From positions 6,968-70,967 of the forward strand of contig CAWDUU010000012.1 of the NCBI GenBank assembly GCA_963805545.1: a DNA stretch of 64,000 nt. The letters run 5' to 3'. Shown one piece after another: positions 20,100-29,023 of the stretch; the stretch's first letter is position 1; each line of letters opens with the position of its first letter. The notes below the pieces were generated by a model. That model did not search any database. It was not told the origin of the DNA and saw only the letters and a program-made list of their open reading frames with translations. The DNA comes from an uncultured Actinomycetes bacterium. Lineage in GTDB: Bacteria; Actinomycetota; Thermoleophilia; Gaiellales; JAICJC01. A program made the position numbers and the translations under genes.

Positions 20100-22151
20100 A
20101 TGGCGCGCGACCTCGAGCCTCTCTTCGCACCGCGCTCGGTCGCGATCGTGGGCGCGTCCGACGACCCCGCCAAGTGGGGCAACTGGCTCGGCCGCGGCGC
20201 GCTTCGCGGCGAGCACCGCCGCCCCGTGTACCTGGTGAACCGAAACGGCGGCACGGTGCTCGACCGGCCCGCGTACGCCTCGCTCCACGACCTCCCCGAC
20301 GCCCCGGAGCTGGTCGTGATCTCGGTTCCGGCGGCGGCGTTCGAGCAGACGGTGGACGACGCCCTCGCCGTCGGGGCGCGCGCGCTCGTCGGAATAACCG
20401 CGGGCCTCGGCGAGCTCGGGCCCGAGGCCCAGGCCCGCGAGCGCGATCTCGTCGAGCGCGTCCGCGCGGCCGGCGCGATGCTGCTCGGCCCCAACTGCCT
20501 GGGCGTGTACGACGCCGGCTCCGACCTCGGCCTGGCGTCGAACGAGTTCCCGCCGGGGTCGATCGGCCTGATCTCGCAGAGCGGCAACCTCGCGCTCGAG
20601 CTGGGCATCCTCGCGCGGGCGGTCGAGATGGGCTTCTCGCGGTTCGCGTCGGTCGGCAACCAGTCCGACGTCGACCTGGCCGAGCTCGTGGCGTCGTTCG
20701 CGGCCCACGAGGGGACCGAGCTGATCGCCGTCTACGCCGAGGACTTCAGCGACGGCCGGGCGTTCGTGGACGCGGCCGCCGCGGCGTCGACGCCCGTGGT
20801 GCTTCTGACCGTCGGCCGCAGCGCCGCGAGCATCCGGGCGGCGGCCTCGCACACCGGGGCGCTGGTGAGCGACGTCGCGGTCGTCGAGGCGGCCTGCCGG
20901 GCGGCCGGCGCCCACCTCGTCTCGACGCCCGGCGAGATGATCGACCTGGCGCAGGTGCTGCTTCGCGCCAGGCCGCTCGCCGGGCCGCGGATCGCCGTCG
21001 TCGGCGACGGCGGCGGGCACGGCGCGATCGCCTGCGACATCGCGGCCGCCGCCGGGCTCGACCTGCCGATCCTCTCGAACGGGCTCGCCGCCGAGCTGGC
21101 GGCGTCGCTTCCGCCGACCGCCTCGACCCGAAACCCGGTCGATCTCGCCGGCGGCGGGGAGCAGGACTTCTTCTCGTACGCCCGCGTGGCCCGGACGGTG
21201 CTCGGCTCGGGCGAGGTGGACGGCGTCCTCCTGACCGGGTACTTCGGCGGCTACAGCCAGTATTCCGACGACTTCGCCGCCCAGGAGGCCGAGGTGGCCC
21301 GCGACGTCGCCCGCGCCGCGGCGGAGACCGGCCGCCCGCTCGTCGCCCAGACGATGTACTCCGACTCGCCGACGGCCGCTGTTCTCCGGGCCGGGGGCGT
21401 GCCCGTCTACCCGGGGATCGCGGCGGCCGCGACCGCGCTTGCGGCGCTCGGCCCGCGGCCGCCCGCGCCGGGAGCGCCGGTGCTGCCGCCCGCCCGGGCG
21501 CTCCCGGACGTCGACGGCTACTTCGGCGCGCGGTCGCTGCTCGAGGCGGCCGGGATCGCGTTCGTGGCCGCCCGCAGCGTGGCGGACGCCGCCGAGGCCG
21601 AGGCGGCCGCGGCCGAGCTCGGCTATCCGGTGGTCGTGAAGGCGCTGGGCCTGCTCCACAAGTCCGACGCGGGCGGGGTGGCCGTCGGGATCGCCGGGCC
21701 CGAGGAGCTGCGCGCGGCGGTCGCGGGCATGCGGCGGAGGCTCGACCCGCCCGGCTACTCGGTCGAGCGGATGGCGCCCGTCCGTGAGGGCGTCGAGCTG
21801 ATCGTCGGCGCGGGGCGCGACCCCCGCTTCGGCCCGGTCGCCGCGGTCGGGCTCGGCGGGATCTACACCGAGATCTTCGGCGACGTGGCGGTCGGGCTGG
21901 CACCGCTCGACGCGGCCGAGGCCGAGCGGATGCTGTATTCGCTCCGGGGCGCACCGCTCCTCGTGGGCGCCCGCGGCCGGCAGCCATGCGACGTCCGCGC
22001 CGCCGCGGAGGCGGCCGCGGCGCTGTCGCGGGTCGCCGCGGCACATCCCGCGATCGCCGAGATCGAGATCAACCCGCTGCTCGTCACGCCGGACGGCGCC
22101 GTCGCTCTCGACGCCCGCGTGATAGAGAATGGCGTGACCGATGCTGGTTAA
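20100..22151 (+). CDS. ADP-forming acyl-CoA synthetase (fused alpha/beta)
   Basis: PRSVAIVGAS, LGPNCLG, SQSG, SHTGAL, NPVDL, HKSDAGGV, EINPL...ALDAR. Confidence 0.9.
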   Translation: MARDLEPLFAPRSVAIVGASDDPAKWGNWLGRGALRGEHRRPVYLVNRNGGTVLDRPAYASLHDLPDAPELVVISVPAAAFEQTVDDALAVGARALVGITAGLGELGPEAQARERDLVERVRAAGAMLLGPNCLGVYDAGSDLGLASNEFPPGSIGLISQSGNLALELGILARAVEMGFSRFASVGNQSDVDLAELVASFAAHEGTELIAVYAEDFSDGRAFVDAAAAASTPVVLLTVGRSAASIRAAASHTGALVSDVAVVEAACRAAGAHLVSTPGEMIDLAQVLLRARPLAGPRIAVVGDGGGHGAIACDIAAAAGLDLPILSNGLAAELAASLPPTASTRNPVDLAGGGEQDFFSYARVARTVLGSGEVDGVLLTGYFGGYSQYSDDFAAQEAEVARDVARAAAETGRPLVAQTMYSDSPTAAVLRAGGVPVYPGIAAAATALAALGPRPPAPGAPVLPPARALPDVDGYFGARSLLEAAGIAFVAARSVADAAEAEAAAAELGYPVVVKALGLLHKSDAGGVAVGIAGPEELRAAVAGMRRRLDPPGYSVERMAPVREGVELIVGAGRDPRFGPVAAVGLGGIYTEIFGDVAVGLAPLDAAEAERMLYSLRGAPLLVGARGRQPCDVRAAAEAAAALSRVAAAHPAIAEIEINPLLVTPDGAVALDARVIENGVTDAG

Positions 22152-22941
22152 GGGCACATTCGACGGGCACGTGGCCGTGGTGACCGGAGGCGGAAGCGGC
22201 ATGGGCAGGGCGATGGCCCTTGAGTTCTCGCGGCTCGGAGCGGCGGTGGTCGTCGCCGGGCGCCGGGCCGAGCCGCTGGCGGAGACGGCCGCGCTCATCG
22301 AGGGCGCGGGCGGGACGGCGCTCGCCGAGCCGACCGACGTGCGCGACCCGGACCAGGTCGACGCGCTGATGCACGCGGCCGTGGACACGTTCGGGCGGAT
22401 CGACTGCCTCGTGAACAACGCCGCCGGCAACTTCGTCGTGAAGGCCGAGGATCTCTCGCCGAACGGCTGGAGGGCGGTCACGTCGATCGTGCTCGACGGC
22501 AGCTTCCTGTGCGCGCGGGCCGCGGGCCGGCGGATGATGGAGAGCGGCGAGGGCGGCGCGATCGTGAGCGTGATCGCGAGCTACGCGTGGACGGGGGGCC
22601 CCGGCACCGTCCACTCCGCCGCCGCCAAGGCCGGGGTGATGGCCATGACGAAGACGCTGGCGGTGGAGTGGGCCCCGCACGGCATCCGCGTGAACACGAT
22701 CTGTCCCGGCCCGACCGCGACCGAGGGCGCCGGAGCGGCCCTGTGGCCGACGCCGGAGGACGAGGGCCGGGTGGCGTCGTCGGTCCCGATCGGCCGGCTG
22801 GCCCGGGTCGAGGAGATCGCATGGTGGACGACCGCCCTGTGCGCTCCCCAGGCCGCCTACATCACGGGCGCGAACCTGACGATCGACGGCGGCCACTGGC
22901 TGGAGCAGGAGGGCTACATGGGGGCGCTCAAGCAGGAGTAG
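22141..22941 (+). CDS. SDR, 2,4-dienoyl-CoA reductase-like
   Basis: TGGGSGMG, NNAAGNF...AEDLSPNGW, HSAAAKAGV, LAVEW. Confidence 0.88.
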   Translation: MLVKGTFDGHVAVVTGGGSGMGRAMALEFSRLGAAVVVAGRRAEPLAETAALIEGAGGTALAEPTDVRDPDQVDALMHAAVDTFGRIDCLVNNAAGNFVVKAEDLSPNGWRAVTSIVLDGSFLCARAAGRRMMESGEGGAIVSVIASYAWTGGPGTVHSAAAKAGVMAMTKTLAVEWAPHGIRVNTICPGPTATEGAGAALWPTPEDEGRVASSVPIGRLARVEEIAWWTTALCAPQAAYITGANLTIDGGHWLEQEGYMGALKQE

Positions 22942-22953
22942 CATCGTGCGCCC

Positions 22954-23766
22954 ATGGTGGACGCGCGACTGCTCGAGCTGATCGAGGCCGAGGCGTGGGC
23001 GGACATCTACCGCGCCGTCCCCGCCGCGCTGGCCGAGGAGCACGGCATCGCGGTGCTCGACCTGGGGGCGGCGGCGGCGTGCATCGTCGCCCGCGACGTG
23101 CCGTCGCTCATGCTGAACCGCGTGATCGGTCTGGGCGTCGGCGTGCCCGCGACGCCGGCGATGCTCGACCTGGCCGGCGAGGCGTTCGGCGAGACCCGCT
23201 ACATGATCCCGGTCGCGCCGCAGTGCCAGCCGTCGGAGCTCACGACCTGGCTCCGGGGGCGCGGGTTCGAGGCGGGCTACGCGTGGATGAAGTTCCAGCG
23301 CGGCGCGGACCCGCCGCCGGATGCCCCGACGACGCTCGACGTGCGCCGGGCCGGGCCCGGCGACGCCGACGCGTTCGCGCGGGCGTTCGTCGCCGGTTTC
23401 GAGATGCCCGGCTGGATGGAGGGCTGGGTGGCCGCGCTCGTGGGCCGGCCGGGCTGGAGCTGTTACGTGGCGTTCCAGGGCTCGGAGCCGGCCGCCGCCG
23501 GCTGCGCCTACGTCCACCCGCCCGTGGCGTGGCTCGGGCTTGCGGCGACGGTTCCGGAGTTCCGCCGGCGCGGCGGCCAGGGCGCGATCATGGCGGCCCG
23601 GATCCGCGAGGCGATCCACGCCGGCTGCTCGGCGATCGGAACCGAGACCGGCGAGCGCGTGCTCGACCGCGCGAGCGCGTCCTACGGCAACATCATGCGG
23701 TTCGGCTTCCACGAGGCCTACGTGCGGCCCAACCTCGTCTCGCCGCCCGGCGACGAGGTCGCGTAG
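22954..23766 (+). CDS. GNAT-family acetyltransferase-like protein
   Basis: ATVPEFRRRGGQGA motif A; N..RFGF. Confidence 0.8.
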   Translation: MVDARLLELIEAEAWADIYRAVPAALAEEHGIAVLDLGAAAACIVARDVPSLMLNRVIGLGVGVPATPAMLDLAGEAFGETRYMIPVAPQCQPSELTTWLRGRGFEAGYAWMKFQRGADPPPDAPTTLDVRRAGPGDADAFARAFVAGFEMPGWMEGWVAALVGRPGWSCYVAFQGSEPAAAGCAYVHPPVAWLGLAATVPEFRRRGGQGAIMAARIREAIHAGCSAIGTETGERVLDRASASYGNIMRFGFHEAYVRPNLVSPPGDEVA

Positions 23767-23773
23767 CCGTGCG

Positions 23774-23962
23774 TTACCTGTCGGCGACCTCGCCGATCAT
23801 CCCCAGGCCGAGCAGGATGCCGCCCGCCCCGAGCGGGACGAGCGCCCACTCCTCTCGCACGACGCCGGGGACGCCGAGCGGGAGGGCGATGATCACCGCC
23901 GCCAGGTAGCAGGCGCAGGAGAGCAGGATGAGGCCGCGCGAGAGCCCGATGATCGTCTGCAC
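23774..23962 (-). CDS. Small two-TM membrane protein
   Basis: 62 aa, hydrophobic; TACAGT 6 nt before GTG. Confidence 0.6.
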   Translation of the reverse strand: MQTIIGLSRGLILLSCACYLAAVIIALPLGVPGVVREEWALVPLGAGGILLGLGMIGEVADR

Positions 23963-23983
23963 GCCGACACTGTACCGTGCCCG

Positions 23984-24721
23984 TCAGGCGGTCCGGCGGC
24001 GGAGCGTCGTCGCCCCGAGGGCGAGCGCGAGGACGGTCACCGCCACCACGATCGCGAGGTCGCGCCACGCCGTGCCGTCGAACCCGGGGCCGGTCGTGAC
24101 ACGCTGGAGGCCCTCGTAGGCGTAGGTCAGCGGCAGGACGCTCGATGCGGCGTCCAGGACGTCCGCCATCTGGTCGCGCGGGACGAGCAGGCCGCACAGG
24201 AGCAGCTGCGGGAACACCGTCGCCGGCAGGAACTGCACGGCCTGGAACTCGGTGTGGGCAAACGCGCTCACGAAGAGGCCGAGCGACATGCCGAGGACGG
24301 CGTTCGAGATGGCGAAGACGACGACGTCCGCCTCCGACCCCGTCGACGACAGGTCGAGGAGCCGGAAGGCGACCGTCGTCGTGAGCGCCGCCTGGATCGC
24401 CGCGAGGACGCCGAACGCGATCCCGTAGCCGAGCAGCAGGTCGAGCTTTTCGATCGGCATCGCCATCAGCCGCTCGAGCGTGCCGGTCGTGCGCTCGCGG
24501 AGCATCGTGATCGAGGTGACCAGGAACATCGTGATGAACGGGAAGAGGCCGAGCAGCGGGCCGCCGATCCGGTCGAACGTCACGGCCTGGCCGTCGAGCA
24601 CGTACTTGAGCAGGATCTCCAGCAGGCACGGGACCAGGAGCAGGAGCGCCACGGTGCGCGGGTCGCGACGGAGCTGGCGCAGCACCCGGCCGGCGGTTGC
24701 GAGCGTCGCCTCGGGCCTCAT
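23984..24721 (-). CDS. ABC-2 exporter permease
   Basis: RVLRQLRRDPRT, LRERTTGTLERL, TEFQAVQF. Confidence 0.9.
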   Translation of the reverse strand: MRPEATLATAGRVLRQLRRDPRTVALLLLVPCLLEILLKYVLDGQAVTFDRIGGPLLGLFPFITMFLVTSITMLRERTTGTLERLMAMPIEKLDLLLGYGIAFGVLAAIQAALTTTVAFRLLDLSSTGSEADVVVFAISNAVLGMSLGLFVSAFAHTEFQAVQFLPATVFPQLLLCGLLVPRDQMADVLDAASSVLPLTYAYEGLQRVTTGPGFDGTAWRDLAIVVAVTVLALALGATTLRRRTA

Positions 24722-25443
24722 CCGCCGGCCTCCGCCCGGTCGACCAGGGTCAGGAACGCCGCGTCGAGGTCGCGTGCGCCCGTGTCGGCGCGAAGCTCCG
24801 CCGGCGTGCCGGTGGCGAGGATGCCGCCGTCGCGCATCAGCAGAAGCCGGTCGCAGCGGTCGGCCTCGTCCATCACGTGGCTCGACACGAGGAGCGTCGT
24901 CCCGGCGTCGGCCAGGCCGCGGAACGTGTTCCAGAGGTCGCGGCGCAGGACGGGGTCGAGCCCGACGGTCGGCTCGTCGAGCACGAGGAGCGGCGGCTCG
25001 TTCAGAAGCGCCGTCGCCAGACTGACGCGCGCGATCTGACCGCCCGACAGGTTCCCGACCTCCCGGCCGGCCAGGTCCTCGATGTCGACGGCAGCCATCA
25101 CGTCGGCGACGCGGCTCGGAGCGGCGCGCACGACCGTGGCGAAGTAGCGCAGGTTCTCCTCGACCGAGAGATCGAGGTAGACGGAAGGCGCCTGCGTCAC
25201 GTAGCCGACGCGGGCCCTGAGCCCGGGCGAGCCGGCCGGCTCCCCGAGCACCGTCACCGCTCCGCCCTCCACGATCTGCACGCCCACGATCGCCCGCATC
25301 AGGGTCGACTTCCCGCACCCCGACGGCCCGAGCAGGCCGGTGATCTCGCCCACGGGAACGTCGACGTCGATCTCATGCAGCACCTCCGTGCCTCCGCGGA
25401 CGACCCGGAGCGCCTTCGTCTCGATGGCGGGTGAGGACGGCAC
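24718..25443 (-). CDS. ABC exporter ATP-binding subunit
   Basis: GPSGCGKST, LSGGQ, LDEPTVGLDP, SSHVMDE; start placed at the GTG 7 nt after TAGATT. Confidence 0.9.
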   Translation of the reverse strand: MPSSPAIETKALRVVRGGTEVLHEIDVDVPVGEITGLLGPSGCGKSTLMRAIVGVQIVEGGAVTVLGEPAGSPGLRARVGYVTQAPSVYLDLSVEENLRYFATVVRAAPSRVADVMAAVDIEDLAGREVGNLSGGQIARVSLATALLNEPPLLVLDEPTVGLDPVLRRDLWNTFRGLADAGTTLLVSSHVMDEADRCDRLLLMRDGGILATGTPAELRADTGARDLDAAFLTLVDRAEAGG

Positions 25444-25584
25444 GGGCGTCAATCTAGCCAGCCGGGAGCGTATGGGGGGCGGCGTCATGAGGGTGTCACG
25501 AAAGGCAAATGACACTCCGCGGTGGCCGAGTGGCCACGCGCTCGGCCAACTGGCCGCCGCGCGCCGCCCGTTCCCTTCCGCGGC

Positions 25585-26772
25585 TCAGACGGTCCGCCCC
25601 GGCCCCGCCTCGACCGGGCCGTGCGCACCCGCCCCGGTCGAGAGCCGGCCCGATGCGAGAACGATGCCCGCGACGAGGCAGAGCGGGATGAGGAGCGCGG
25701 CGCGCAGCCCGACCTGGCTCGATGCGAAGCCGATGATCGCCGGGCCGCTGACGCCGCCGAAATAGCCGATGGTGAAGAGACGCGAGACGACGCCTTCGAG
25801 CGTGCCCAGGCCCGCGTTCCCGGCGGCGCTCACCGCGGTCGGGATGACCGGCCCGAGGCCGAGGCCGAACACCGCGAACCCGAGGATGCCCGTCGCCGCG
25901 CCGGGTGCCGCCAGCGCCGGCGCGAGGCCGCACAGCGCGACCGCGGCGGAGACGCCGACCAGGCGCACCGGCCCGACGGCCGCGACGACGCGGTCGCCGG
26001 CGAATCGTGCGGCGACCATGCCGAGCGAGAACCCGGCGAATCCGGCCGCCGCGACGGCGGAGGTCGCACCGGCCTCGTCGCGGAGATAGACGGCGCTCCA
26101 GTCCGCCGCGGCTCCCTCGCTCAGGAAGGAGCCGAATGCGATGAGGCCGAGGATGACGAGCGGCAGCGACCACCTGTCCCGTCCCCCCGCCGCGGTCCGC
26201 GTGGGGGCGGCGCGGTGCGGCAGGCGCGCGAGCATCGGGGCCGATCCCGCCGCGACGGCGGCCGCGACGGCTCCGAACTGCGCCGCGGGGCGCGCATCCA
26301 GGCCCGCCGCGAGCACGCCCCCGAGCGCGCCGCCCAGGAGGCCCAGGCTCCACATTCCGTGGAAGCCCGACATCAGCGGCCGTGGCGATGCCCGCTCGAC
26401 GACGACCGCCTCCGCGTTCATCGCCACGTCCACCATCGCCGCCACCATGCCGAATACCACCATCGTCGCGGTGAGCGCCGCGAGGTTGCCGGCGAGCGCC
26501 GCCACGACGAGCGTCGCAGCGAAGACGGGGATTCCCGCCCGCACCACGACCCGGGCTCCGAGCCGCGCGGCGGCGACCCCTCCGGTGCGGCCGCCGATCA
26601 GCGTTCCCGCGGCCATCCCGAAGAGCGCGACGCCGAGCTGCCCGTCCGACAGGTCCAGGGTGTGCTTGATCGCCGGGATCCGCGACGCCCACGATCCGGT
26701 GATGAGCGAATGGGCCAGGAACGCCGTCGCGACCGCGACCCGGCCCCGGTGGCGGTCGAGGAGGCCCGCCAT
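25585..26772 (-). CDS. MFS transporter
   Basis: About 12 TMs; WASRIP, DVAMN, MSGFHGMWSLG, EGAAADWSAVYL; TACCCT 7 nt upstream. Confidence 0.9.
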   Translation of the reverse strand: MAGLLDRHRGRVAVATAFLAHSLITGSWASRIPAIKHTLDLSDGQLGVALFGMAAGTLIGGRTGGVAAARLGARVVVRAGIPVFAATLVVAALAGNLAALTATMVVFGMVAAMVDVAMNAEAVVVERASPRPLMSGFHGMWSLGLLGGALGGVLAAGLDARPAAQFGAVAAAVAAGSAPMLARLPHRAAPTRTAAGGRDRWSLPLVILGLIAFGSFLSEGAAADWSAVYLRDEAGATSAVAAAGFAGFSLGMVAARFAGDRVVAAVGPVRLVGVSAAVALCGLAPALAAPGAATGILGFAVFGLGLGPVIPTAVSAAGNAGLGTLEGVVSRLFTIGYFGGVSGPAIIGFASSQVGLRAALLIPLCLVAGIVLASGRLSTGAGAHGPVEAGPGRTV

Positions 26773-26800
26773 GTCCGCGAGGGTAGTAGACTCGCGGCCG

Positions 26801-26866
26801 ATGACGTTCTGCACGGTGACCTTCCGTGGCCGCGCGAGGTCGCGGCGGCCACGCCCGGCTCGCTGA
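26801..26866 (+). CDS. Putative leaderless leader peptide of the erm-like gene (21 aa)
   Basis: MTFCTVTFRGRARSRRPRPAR; TAGACT 8 nt upstream; overlaps erm start out of frame. Confidence 0.35.
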   Translation: MTFCTVTFRGRARSRRPRPAR

Positions 26867-27614
26867 CGGGCAGCACCTTCTCCGCAGCGCGCGCCTGGCG
26901 GCCGAGATCGTCGCGGCGGCGGGCGTGGCGCGGTCCGACCTCGTGGTCGAGGTCGGCGCGGGCACCGGCCGCCTGACCGCCGCGCTGGCCGCCGCGGCGG
27001 GCCGCGTCGCCGCCGTCGAGCTCGACCCGGACCTCGCGGAGGGCCTGCGCCGCCGCTTCGATCGCGAACCTCGCGTCACGGTCGTCGAGGGCGACGCGCT
27101 CCTCGTCCCGTTGCCCGCAGCGCGCCACCGGGTCGCCGGCAACGTCCCGTTCGGGATCACGACCGCGCTCCTGCGCCGGATCCTGGACGACCCCGGCTCG
27201 GGCTGCCTCGCCGCCGACCTGGTGGTGCAGGACGGCCTGGCTCGCAAGCGGTGCGCGCCGCGCCCGTGCACGATGCTCTCGCTCTCGTGGCTGCCCTGGT
27301 GGCGGCTCACGATCGACCGCATCCTGCCGGCGGGCTCGTTCGAGCCGCGGCCGTCGGTCGACGCCGCGATCCTGGCCGTCCGCCGCCGCGAGCCTGCACT
27401 CCTCCCGCCGGAGCGCGCGGCGGCCTACCGGGCGCTCCTGCGACGCGGGTTCGACCGCTCGAATGGCCCGGTTCGGCTCACCGTCGCGCCGGGCAGGGCG
27501 TCATGGAAGCGGCTCGCGCGCGACCGCGGGCTTCCCTACGACGCCCGCCCCCGCCAGCTCGACGTCTGGGACTGGGTCGCCCTCTTCGACCTCACCTACT
27601 CCTCGCCGTCGTAG
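26826..27614 (+). CDS. rRNA adenine N6-methyltransferase, Erm-like (Erm/KsgA family)
   Basis: GQHLL, VVEVGAGTGRLT, VELD, GDAL, GNVPFGITT, F.PRPSVDAA; NVPFGITT and the short C-terminus resemble actinobacterial Erm more than KsgA. Confidence 0.8.
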   Translation: MAARGRGGHARLADGQHLLRSARLAAEIVAAAGVARSDLVVEVGAGTGRLTAALAAAAGRVAAVELDPDLAEGLRRRFDREPRVTVVEGDALLVPLPAARHRVAGNVPFGITTALLRRILDDPGSGCLAADLVVQDGLARKRCAPRPCTMLSLSWLPWWRLTIDRILPAGSFEPRPSVDAAILAVRRREPALLPPERAAAYRALLRRGFDRSNGPVRLTVAPGRASWKRLARDRGLPYDARPRQLDVWDWVALFDLTYSSPS

Positions 27615-28072
27615 TACCCGACGTCGGGCGTGCCCTGCACCAGCACCCGGACAGGGGCGCCGTCGCCGATCGGGCGGGCCATGACGCCGATCTTGTCGCT
27701 GTCGGGGTAGACGGCGACCTCGACCTCGGCCTGCGTCGAGACCATCAGCACCCGCACCGGCTCCGGGGTGTCGTTCCTGAGCTGATGGGCGCCGCGCTCG
27801 CCACGGCAGAAGACGGCCACGTCTCCCTCCTTCAGCCGCCGCTCGCCCGACGGGTCGCGCAGCGTCGGCTCGCCGCGCAGGACGACGCACATCTCCTCGA
27901 TCGCGTTGTGCCAGTGGTACGGGAACGTGCGCTGGCCCGGCTCGATCTCGTAGACCGTCGCGCCGAGCTTCTCGGCGCCGAGCGGCTTCGTCACGCTCCT
28001 GCGCCGCCCGCGCCAGCCGGCCCGGTCGTTCGCCCCGTCCCACTCGCCGCCGTGGACGTTCACACCCTCCAC
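27596..28072 (-). CDS. Cupin domain protein
   Basis: PYHWHNAIEE...L.GE...GAHQLRN...YPDSDKI; TAGCGT 7 nt before GTG. Confidence 0.88.
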   Translation of the reverse strand: MEGVNVHGGEWDGANDRAGWRGRRRSVTKPLGAEKLGATVYEIEPGQRTFPYHWHNAIEEMCVVLRGEPTLRDPSGERRLKEGDVAVFCRGERGAHQLRNDTPEPVRVLMVSTQAEVEVAVYPDSDKIGVMARPIGDGAPVRVLVQGTPDVGYYDGEE

Positions 28073-28115
28073 TGCGCACACGCTACCAGCGTTTCGCGGC
28101 CCCGGAGCGGGGGCA

Positions 28116-28445
28116 CTACGGCAGCAGGTGAACCGTACGGCTGATCAGCGTCATGTCCAGGATGCGGCGGATCGAGGGCGAGGTGCAGACGAACTCGAAC
28201 CGTGCGCCCCGCTCCTCCATCCGCTGGGCCGATGCCAGGATGACGCCGAGCGCGGTCGAATCGAGGAACGTCACGCCGGTCGCGTCGAGCCGCAGAATGG
28301 TTCCGACCGACTCCTCGGCGGTCTCGAGCGCGTCGCGGAGGGCGTCGGCGGAGTCGATGTCGAGCTCGCCCTCGACGTGGACGATGGTCGCGGATTCGTC
28401 AACCTCTGTCTGCGTGAAGGTCGGGCCTGCCGTGTTCCGCTCCAT
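28116..28445 (-). CDS. STAS anti-sigma factor antagonist (RsbV-like)
   Basis: VEGELDI...VTFLDSTALGVI phosphoacceptor motif. Confidence 0.9.
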   Translation of the reverse strand: MERNTAGPTFTQTEVDESATIVHVEGELDIDSADALRDALETAEESVGTILRLDATGVTFLDSTALGVILASAQRMEERGARFEFVCTSPSIRRILDMTLISRTVHLLP

Positions 28446-28493
28446 GACGTTCACGTTACCCGCTGGGCGCGGGCGACGAACCCACCAGGCGAG

Positions 28494-28619
28494 TCAGCCC
28501 TGCTGGCGGCGCGCGATCGGGAGGGCATACCAGCAGAGAACCGTCGCGGCGGCGACGACGACCGCGGTGGCAGCGGTGGCCCGGAACGAGGCGAGGTACG
28601 CCCGCCGGTCGCCCGTCAC
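28494..28619 (-). CDS. Small single-TM protein (41 aa), not in ORF track
   Basis: MTGDRRAYLASFRATAATAVVVAAATVLCWYALPIARRQQG; GTTT-N16-GGGAAC 10 nt upstream. Confidence 0.5.
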   Translation of the reverse strand: MTGDRRAYLASFRATAATAVVVAAATVLCWYALPIARRQQG

Positions 28620-28658
28620 CTGGCCTGGCGTTCCCCGGGCAGCCCGAACCGAAACCGC

Positions 28659-29021
28659 CTAGCGGAGCCGGCGGGCGAACGTGACCGACGAGCTCTCGTT
28701 CTCCGGGTCGGGGTCGACGCGCCATCGGCTTGTGAGCCGCTCGACCACCTCAAGCGCCACCGGGTCGTCGAGCAGCGCCCCCGCGCCGGGCCCGGCCACG
28801 ACGATCTCGATCGCACCGGGGTGCGGCCGGAACTCGATCTCAAGCCGGCCGCCGCCGCCGTGAGCGACCGCCGCCGCGCACACCTCCGACAGCACCAGCT
28901 TCGACTCCTCGACCTCGTCGTCCCCCGCGTCGGCGAGGATGCCGGTCAGCGCGGCACGGCACACTGTCAGGAACGAGGCCTCGGCTGGGAGCGTCAGGCG
29001 GACATGGGAATCGGAGCTCAC
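28659..29021 (-). CDS. RsbW-like anti-sigma factor, degenerate ATP site
   Basis: VRLTLPAEASFLTVCRAAL...KLVLSEVCAAAVAHG; lacks N-box Asn and DxGxG. Confidence 0.75.
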   Translation of the reverse strand: MSSDSHVRLTLPAEASFLTVCRAALTGILADAGDDEVEESKLVLSEVCAAAVAHGGGGRLEIEFRPHPGAIEIVVAGPGAGALLDDPVALEVVERLTSRWRVDPDPENESSSVTFARRLR

Positions 29022-29023
29022 GC

